Shown here: in pieces, positions 58,414 to 64,000 of the stretch
Layout of the letters: each line of letters starts with the position of its first letter
How positions within the stretch are numbered: the stretch's first letter is position 1
From: Deltaproteobacteria bacterium
GTDB taxonomy: Bacteria > Desulfobacterota_D > UBA1144 > Nemesobacterales > CSP1-2
NCBI GenBank assembly: GCA_052390235.1
Contig: JBQTHB010000005.1
Coordinates: 128,001 to 192,000 of the forward strand
Length of the DNA stretch: 64,000 bases
Direction of reading: 5' to 3'
Program-made: the position numbers and the translations under genes
Notes under the pieces: model-generated
The model's database searches: none
Told to the model about the DNA's origin: nothing
Seen by the model: the letters and a program-made list of their open reading frames with translations, nothing else

Positions 58414-59472
58414 TTAATTGGATTCAATGACCCCTGTCTCAGGATTGTAGGCGTAGATCCCTCCGAGCGGGTGATAGGCGGGAAAATCTCCAGTGGTCTC
58501 GGACTCTATGAACCTGCGAAGCTCATCCCAATCCACGGGGAACCTCTTGTTGCCGAGCTTAAACCTGCGGCTCTTGGCGTTTAGAAACGTTAAATCGGCT
58601 TTAATTTGCCTCTCAGCCAAGGTGGAGCTTTTAACCGCCGGTAGGGTCTCCGCGATAATAAACCGCCCGCCCAGAATTTCTTTGGGAATTTTATCAATAA
58701 AGCCCGCCCCCTTCAGCGCTTCAATGTCCGAGGGAGTGGCGCCGTAGGTTTTAATGTACTTCGCCAACGCCCCGGTTAGCCGGTCTTCATCGTCCATCAC
58801 GGCGAGCTCTTTAAGCCTCTCAAGGGCGAAAAGACGCCGCCCCTCGCTTTGAGTGTTCTCGTAAATCTCCCCCCAGAGCCTTCTGGACACCTCTCTGCTC
58901 CCCGTCTTCGAGTGCGCCGAAGCCGCCATGCCTTTAAGTGAAGCGCGGCGAAAATCCGAGAGTCCTGGCTTTTTTGAGGCTTCGTCGAAGAGGTCTGCGG
59001 CTCTGTCGTAGTTTTTGGCATAGAGATAATAAATAAATGCCTCCTCGAACGGCAGGCGGAAATTATCGGGGTTGTTGGCTCTGCCCTTATCGAAGAGCGC
59101 GACGCCTCGCTCTATATCCCCTAGCCCTATTGGAGGAGGCTCGGCAAGGAAAGTGCCTCCGTACCTGTAGGCGTTTGTAAACTGCGGGTCAAGGTCGGTG
59201 ATAATGTCGAAATAGTGATAGAGAAGCTCCGGGTTTTTATTTACGACATCATCTCCTCCGAAATACTGGAGAGACCGAAGCCAATAAATATCGGCGACCA
59301 GTTCCGTGTAACCGAGGGAGAGGGTTTTAAGGGTCGAAGAAGATAGGTATAGCGTCCCTTCGATGGATCTAAATTTTCCACGCATATCATCTATTACCCG
59401 CTGAAAGGGAAGCGAAGCCGAAATTAGGGCTAATACGAAAATCAAGCCTGCTATAGTGGTTTTCGAGGGCAT
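58414..59472 (-). CDS. PilG/XapA-like TPR-containing pilus accessory protein
   Basis: N-terminal anchor, ADIYWLR..QYFG, ITDLDPQF..AY, TPR-like helices. Follows the pilH/pilI-like genes as in Myxococcus and Geobacter pilin loci. Confidence 0.65.
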   Translation of the reverse strand: MPSKTTIAGLIFVLALISASLPFQRVIDDMRGKFRSIEGTLYLSSSTLKTLSLGYTELVADIYWLRSLQYFGGDDVVNKNPELLYHYFDIITDLDPQFTNAYRYGGTFLAEPPPIGLGDIERGVALFDKGRANNPDNFRLPFEEAFIYYLYAKNYDRAADLFDEASKKPGLSDFRRASLKGMAASAHSKTGSREVSRRLWGEIYENTQSEGRRLFALERLKELAVMDDEDRLTGALAKYIKTYGATPSDIEALKGAGFIDKIPKEILGGRFIIAETLPAVKSSTLAERQIKADLTFLNAKSRRFKLGNKRFPVDWDELRRFIESETTGDFPAYHPLGGIYAYNPETGVIESN

Positions 59473-59480
59473 TATGGGGC

Positions 59481-60284
59481 CTACTTAAACTCTCTTTTCG
59501 CAAAAATTACCATCGAGAGAACCAATAGAGCGGCGGCATACAGAAGGGCATATAGAGTCGTATAAATTAGAAGCTCCGCGCTCAGGTCCCCGCCATAGAC
59601 GGCTTCGCGGCGCACGTCGAATTTCTCCAGATTCGGGATAACCCTGTAGAGAACCTCCGCCATCACTCCGGTAGCGGGGGTTTTTATCTCCTCGGCAAAG
59701 AGCTTTATATCGCTGGAGAACCGCCCAATGATAAAGAGAAGTGAGGTAAAAAGCAGGCTCAGCACGGGCGTGGTGAAGCTCGAGAAGACGAGGGCAACGC
59801 CGATAACGACGAGAAATTCGAGATATTCAAAGTAAATCGCCTTGAAGAACTCAGCGAAATGGCTTCCGCCGTAGTAGGCTCTGATGAAATTGCCGTGAGT
59901 CAACTCGGTGTAGTACACAATCGCCGTGAGTATCAGCCCCATAGCGGCAGTCATCAAAAAGAGCGTTGCGGCAAGCCCCAAGTATTTGCCGGCGACAAAT
60001 TCGTATCTCTCTATCGGCTTTGAGAATATGTTATAAACCGTTTTTTTCTCGATTTCCTTATAGACAAGCCCAGTGCCGAGGAATATGGACAGCGCAACGC
60101 CGATGAGCGATATTGCCGTGAGTCCCAGGTCTTTTACGATTTTATTGTACTGCTCGCCGGAGATGCCCGCAAACACTATGGAACTTAGAATCATTAGGGC
60201 GGCAAAGAGGACTAGGCTGTAGAGGACTCTGTCCCGTTTCGCCTCGATAAATGTATTATAGGCAACGCTGATTATTCTTTTCAT
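59481..60284 (-). CDS. ABC-2 type permease, PilI-like
   Basis: NTFIEAKRDR, KEIEKKTVY..SKPIER..GKYLG, F..REFK. Start 60284 or 60299. Confidence 0.85.
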   Translation of the reverse strand: MKRIISVAYNTFIEAKRDRVLYSLVLFAALMILSSIVFAGISGEQYNKIVKDLGLTAISLIGVALSIFLGTGLVYKEIEKKTVYNIFSKPIERYEFVAGKYLGLAATLFLMTAAMGLILTAIVYYTELTHGNFIRAYYGGSHFAEFFKAIYFEYLEFLVVIGVALVFSSFTTPVLSLLFTSLLFIIGRFSSDIKLFAEEIKTPATGVMAEVLYRVIPNLEKFDVRREAVYGGDLSAELLIYTTLYALLYAAALLVLSMVIFAKREFK

Positions 60285-60349
60285 ATTTCTCGACTCCATT
60301 AGCGCTTTGCTCGTCCGATACGCTATTGACGATTCAGAGATTTAAACGC

Positions 60350-60411
60350 GTCATGCCCGTAAAATGGGAATCCAGCAACTAGATGCCCCGATAGCGGCAT
60401 TGGGGGATGAC
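60350..60411. repeat. Inverted pair of REP-like palindromes (REPIN-like)
   Basis: GTCATGCCCGTAAAATGGGAATCCAG (60350-60375), followed by an inverted copy whose reverse complement reads GTCATCCCCCAATGCCGCTATCGGGGCATCTAG. Confidence 0.65.
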
Positions 60412-60455
60412 AGACTCCCGGCAACAGTCCCCGCCAATATGAAAAAAGCCCGCGC

Positions 60456-61388
60456 TTACGACTCCCGAATTTCGGCGACCTTCTTGCTCTCTTCGATGAA
60501 AAGCCCCTCGAGCGATTTCCTCAGCGGATATAGCGAAACCATATCTGCGCCGGAGCGGGAGACCTCCCCCAGCACGGCGGATTTTATATCCTCATCGAAT
60601 CTGATAACCAAAAACCCCGCCCTCTTCTCCCATTCGATTTTATGACCGCCGAATTTTGCCAATATCCCCTCGTACTCGCCCTTGAGGAGCATCTCGTAGT
60701 CCGTGTGAATCCCCTCGAAAAGCTCCCGAAGCTCCCCGGTTTTCACCATCCGCCCCCCAAGCACGACCCCTACCCTGTCGCAGAGCGCTTCCACATCCGA
60801 GAGAATATGAGAACTCAAGAGAATTGTCTTGCCCCTAGCTTTCTCCTCCAGAATCAACTCCCGGATTTCCCTCTGCCCTATGGGGTCAAGCCCCGTCATC
60901 GGCTCGTCGAGGATGAGAAACTCAGGGTCGTTTATCAGAGCCTGAGCTACTCCCACGCGCTGAAGCATCCCCTTTGAGTACTTTCTCAGTTGAACGCCCC
61001 TGGCGTGGGTCATTTTCACCTTCTCAAGAAGCTCGTCAATCCTCGCCGAGAGGGATTTGCCCCCCAGCCCATGAAGCTCGCCCATGTATCGCAGGAGTTC
61101 GTCTCCGGTGAGATATTCGTAAAAATAGGGATTTTCCGGCAGATAACCAATTCGGCTTTTCACGCCGACGTCCCCAAGAGGCTTTCCCATAACCTCCACG
61201 CTTCCGCTCGTGGGGGAGACGAATCCGAGTATGGTTTTAAATGTGGTGGTTTTGCCCGCCCCGTTGGGACCAACAAAGCCGAAAATCTCCCTCTCTTTGA
61301 CCGAGAAGGTTATCCCCTTGAGGATGCGCACTTTTCTCCCTAAAAAACCTGTGGCGTAGTCCTTAACGAGGTTGTCAACTTTTAACAT
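60456..61388 (-). CDS. ABC transporter ATP-binding protein, PilH-like
   Basis: GPNGAGKTT, YLPENPYFY, YSKGMLQR, ILDEP, SSH; directly downstream of the pilins. Confidence 0.92.
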   Translation of the reverse strand: MLKVDNLVKDYATGFLGRKVRILKGITFSVKEREIFGFVGPNGAGKTTTFKTILGFVSPTSGSVEVMGKPLGDVGVKSRIGYLPENPYFYEYLTGDELLRYMGELHGLGGKSLSARIDELLEKVKMTHARGVQLRKYSKGMLQRVGVAQALINDPEFLILDEPMTGLDPIGQREIRELILEEKARGKTILLSSHILSDVEALCDRVGVVLGGRMVKTGELRELFEGIHTDYEMLLKGEYEGILAKFGGHKIEWEKRAGFLVIRFDEDIKSAVLGEVSRSGADMVSLYPLRKSLEGLFIEESKKVAEIRES

Positions 61389-61537
61389 GGCGCGGGCAAT
61401 AGTGTATTAAAATTGAAAAGAAACTCAAGCGCGAGGCACTAGTAGCAACTGAAGACTTGCATCAGGAACGGGCAGAGCCGTTTTCCATCGGAAAGCCTGG
61501 CAGCGATTTTATGCCTGCTGGGGTCAATTCGTTAGCG

Positions 61538-62119
61538 TTAATCGCATCCGGGGGTTGATATATCGGATTCAAACATCCCTGGACTGCCCACGGACTGAGA
61601 GCTATTCGTACACCTTATGGCTTTATCCATGTAAATCGAGAAGTCCTTGCGCCCCACTTTCTGAGCGCTGGTCATGGAAGCCTGCCATCCGAACTCGTTT
61701 TCTGGGTCAACAAGGGTGTCATCGTAAGCAATGCAGTAGCTGGCTTTGGGGTCTGGGCAGTTAACGGGCCCAGCGTCCGCGTCAACGAATCCCTCAAAAG
61801 TGCTGTCAATTAGGGCGTCTTCTTCATCTGAAGTCCCGGTGGGGTTTCTGAGCGTTCCAGCCGCCCCTGCGAGAGTGCCTATTTCATCAGTGAAATTTCT
61901 CTCGCCGTCGCCGTCTAAATCTTGCTCGAAGAATTCGTATTCGGCGTCTCTTACAGTTTGAAGTGATTTTCTGGCGTTCGCCTCGTTGGAGGATATTCGC
62001 GCCTTGAGCAGATTGGGAATGGCAAGGGCGAGGAGAATGCTGATAATTGCGGCGACAACCAGAAGCTCGATAAGGGTGAACCCTCTTGTCTTATTAATGC
62101 GCCAGAATTGGTTTAGCAT
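61538..62119 (-). CDS. Type IVa pilin, paralog 2
   Basis: AGGAGAGGTG RBS before ATG 62119; G|FTLIELLVVAAIISILLALAIP; 4 Cys. Confidence 0.9.
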   Translation of the reverse strand: MLNQFWRINKTRGFTLIELLVVAAIISILLALAIPNLLKARISSNEANARKSLQTVRDAEYEFFEQDLDGDGERNFTDEIGTLAGAAGTLRNPTGTSDEEDALIDSTFEGFVDADAGPVNCPDPKASYCIAYDDTLVDPENEFGWQASMTSAQKVGRKDFSIYMDKAIRCTNSSQSVGSPGMFESDISTPGCD

Positions 62120-62271
62120 TTTAATATCACCTCTCCTAAAGTGAAGCCGAGCCGGAACTTTAAATTGCAATGTAGCGGAAGGGACTGAATTCAAATATAC
62201 ATTTAAAAAACGTTAGGAGCAATTCAATGCTGTCACTGAACTGCTCCCAACCCCCCATAAATAAATCATAA

Positions 62272-62319
62272 TTTAAACAAGCAGGGGGGAGAGGCTCCGC
62301 GTTCCCCTCCCCGATGCTT
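62272..62319 (-). terminator. Putative intrinsic terminator between the two pilin genes
   Basis: Minus strand reads AAGCATCGGGGAGGGG-loop-CCTCTCCCCCCTGCTT-GTTT, starting 17 nt after the pilA stop. Confidence 0.7.
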
Positions 62320-62336
62320 TTAGTTTTCATATTTGA

Positions 62337-62909
62337 TTAATCGCAACCAGCCGCATCACGGTCAGCCTCGAATGTTCCCGGGTCGCCGACAGCCTGCGTG
62401 CTAACGCTGCATCTGATAACTGCGTCGCCATAGACCGAAAAGTCTCTTCTGCCGGTCTTGTTGAAGCTCGTCATAGAAGCCGTCCAACCAAAATCGTCAA
62501 CATCGTCTGCCTCAGCTGCCGCCGCTGTATCCCAAGATACACAATAGCCAGCCTTTGAATCGGCGCATCCGGCAGTAGCCGCATCAGCTCCGTCGTCGGC
62601 AGTTTCAAAACTGCTGTCAATAAGGGCGTCTTCTTCAAGTCCGCTTCCCTCAGGGTCGCGCAGGGTAGCGATTAAACCCGTATAGTCTCTCTGACCGTTG
62701 TTGTCAAGATCCTGCTCGAAATACTCGCCCTCGGCATCTCTTAGGGTCTGCAGGGATTTTCTCGCGTTTGCCTCGTTTGCCGAGATTCTAGCCTTTAAGA
62801 GGTTTGGAATCGCAAGCGCAAGGAGAATTCCAATAATTGCCGCAACAACCAGAAGCTCGATAAGGGTGAAACCTTTTTCTCCCTTCTTCACTCTATTGAA
62901 CTTAAACAT
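62337..62909 (-). CDS. pilA: Type IVa major pilin
   Basis: G|FTLIELLVVAAIIGILLALAIP; AAGGAGGT RBS; sigma54 promoter upstream; own terminator. Confidence 0.9.
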   Translation of the reverse strand: MFKFNRVKKGEKGFTLIELLVVAAIIGILLALAIPNLLKARISANEANARKSLQTLRDAEGEYFEQDLDNNGQRDYTGLIATLRDPEGSGLEEDALIDSSFETADDGADAATAGCADSKAGYCVSWDTAAAAEADDVDDFGWTASMTSFNKTGRRDFSVYGDAVIRCSVSTQAVGDPGTFEADRDAAGCD

Positions 62910-62950
62910 TTTACTACCTCCTTTTACTGAATGATTTTGTATATTAAGAT

Positions 62951-62966
62951 TGCAACGCCCGTGCCA
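62951..62966 (-). promoter_or_regulatory. sigma54 promoter of pilA
   Basis: Minus strand TGGCAC-GGGCG-TTGCA, exact consensus. Confidence 0.9.
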
Positions 62967-63062
62967 AGATGAGCAAACTCCATCTCAAACCGAAGAACAC
63001 TATGAAAACATTGAATATTTCGATGCCTAACCTGCGAATAACGAGAAATTTCTTTCATGCTA

Positions 63063-63110
63063 TGACATTTTTTGTAAGTTATGCGATCCAGATTGTGCCA
63101 AAATTTGTCA
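63063..63110. promoter_or_regulatory. Candidate paired enhancer (UAS) sites for a sigma54 activator
   Basis: TGACA-TTTTT-TGTAA (63063-63077) and TGCCA-AAATT-TGTCA (63096-63110), 33 bp apart, about 100-145 bp upstream of the promoter. Confidence 0.55.
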
Positions 63111-63324
63111 TTCCTGCAGTTTCCTTCACCTCATCATCGAGATTTCATGAATCGGCGGCTGGTCTTATGCGTCCATGAGGCAATATTTCATAGTTTGACT
63201 CCGCTCACGCGCCCGAATCCACTTGTAAATACCCAATTTATACATCAGTATTATCCCCGAAGGCGGTATGGAATCGCCGTCCACTCGAAGCCGACAAATC
63301 TCATTCGGGAGCAGTACTGCTGGT

Positions 63325-63864
63325 ATGAAAAAAATTAAATCTACTCTAACACTTATTATTTTAATTATTGCGGCGGCAGGGTGCGGCGACATTAAAACCA
63401 CATCCTACTTCGATGAGCCGAAGGTAGCGCTCGGCAACTATATAGCCATCGAGATTACGGATTTCGAGAGCGACCTTCAGAATGTGGGGGACGCGCTTTT
63501 AAAAGACGTACCGGACGAGGTCTCAAGGCTCATAAATTCCGGCAGAAGCGGCTTGAGGGCGAAAAGGGCGGCTATCGAGGACGTTCCGGCTGAAAGGGTG
63601 CTTGTGCTTCTCGGCGAGGTGGTGGAGGCTGATTCGGGAAGCAATCTCAAATTAGAGGGAGGAGCCATAAAATTCGGCGAGTCTTCGCTTACGATTCAGC
63701 TTGCCATTGTAGAGAAGCAGACGGGCGATGAAATCACCACAGGGCAGGTGAACAGCTCAAGCTCTCTGGGATTCTTCAGGCGGGGATTTGTCGCCAAAGA
63801 AACTTACGAGGCTCTCGCCGAGGAGATAGCCAGTTTTGTCTCCGCAAATTACAGAAAAAAATAA
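63325..63864 (+). CDS. Lipoprotein of unknown function (possibly DUF4410-like)
   Basis: MKKIK + hydrophobic stretch + lipobox AAGC from ATG 63325. Confidence 0.75.
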   Translation: MKKIKSTLTLIILIIAAAGCGDIKTTSYFDEPKVALGNYIAIEITDFESDLQNVGDALLKDVPDEVSRLINSGRSGLRAKRAAIEDVPAERVLVLLGEVVEADSGSNLKLEGGAIKFGESSLTIQLAIVEKQTGDEITTGQVNSSSSLGFFRRGFVAKETYEALAEEIASFVSANYRKK

Positions 63865-63884
63865 TAGTATTGGGGGGAGTCAAC

Positions 63885-64000
63885 ATGAGCGCGCAGGGAA
63901 AATCATACCTATCGTCTGCAATTTTAATTTTATTTATTGGCGTTCTTGTCGCCGCGCAAACCGCAGCGTCCCAGGATACGCCCCAAAACCCCTCGCCCGC
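63885..64000 (+). CDS. 5' end of a probable exported protein (truncated by the window end)
   Basis: GGGGAG RBS; MSAQGKSYLSSAILILFIGVLVAAQTAASQD looks like a signal peptide. Confidence 0.6.
   Translation, partial: MSAQGKSYLSSAILILFIGVLVAAQTAASQDTPQNPSP

Noticed and set aside
62155..62190. Possible sigma54 promoter for pilin 2 (TTGCA on the minus strand)
   Set aside because: The required GG at -24 is absent.
61538..62909. Geobacter-type short conductive e-pilin
   Set aside because: Both pilins are full length (about 180 aa mature) with globular heads, not truncated ~60-aa pilins.
33096..62909. Diversity-generating retroelement or shufflon behind the paralog pairs
   Set aside because: No reverse transcriptase or recombinase in the window; differences are not adenine-restricted, and the copies are direct, complete genes.

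Overview
Bacterial chromosomal window of mid-to-high GC. The gene content (sigma54-driven type IVa pili with pilH/pilI/pilG-like genes, an A2-type caa3 oxidase, prmC-murA-short hisG) suggests a deltaproteobacterial-type lineage such as Desulfobacterota/Dadabacteria. That placement is an inference and has not been tested. Layout: (i) 0.3-9.8 kb is a lipid/small-molecule tailoring island with an OleA-like KAS III, coupled P450 + sulfotransferase, coupled LuxE-like acyl ligase + transglutaminase-like enzyme, a GT1 glycosyltransferase, an HpnA-like SDR and a GNAT. (ii) 9.8-32.7 kb is mostly housekeeping and signalling: rlmD, CHASE2 adenylate cyclase, comM, MFS, acyl-CoA dehydrogenase and CoA ligase, RecB/Cas4-like nuclease, two DUF427 genes, glnD, pduO-type ATR, prmC, murA, hisG, tmk, holB, metG. 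(iii) 32.7-46 kb is a pilus-tip locus with two giant, very Cys-rich PilY1 paralogs. The first has its own sigma54 promoter and a c-di-GMP-I riboswitch with a readable anti-RBS platform; the second sits inside pilV-pilW-pilX-pilY1-fimT. (iv) S41 protease, a lone oppB, truA and a complete SCO-caa3-heme A operon. (v) Two tandem, very acidic type IV pilins with the ABC accessory genes. The best candidates for an undescribed system are a c-di-GMP-switched exchange of pilus tip adhesins and the LuxE/transglutaminase acyl-transfer and conjugation cluster. No CRISPR array, tRNA, rRNA or transposase was seen. All calls come from reading motifs by eye; no searches were run.
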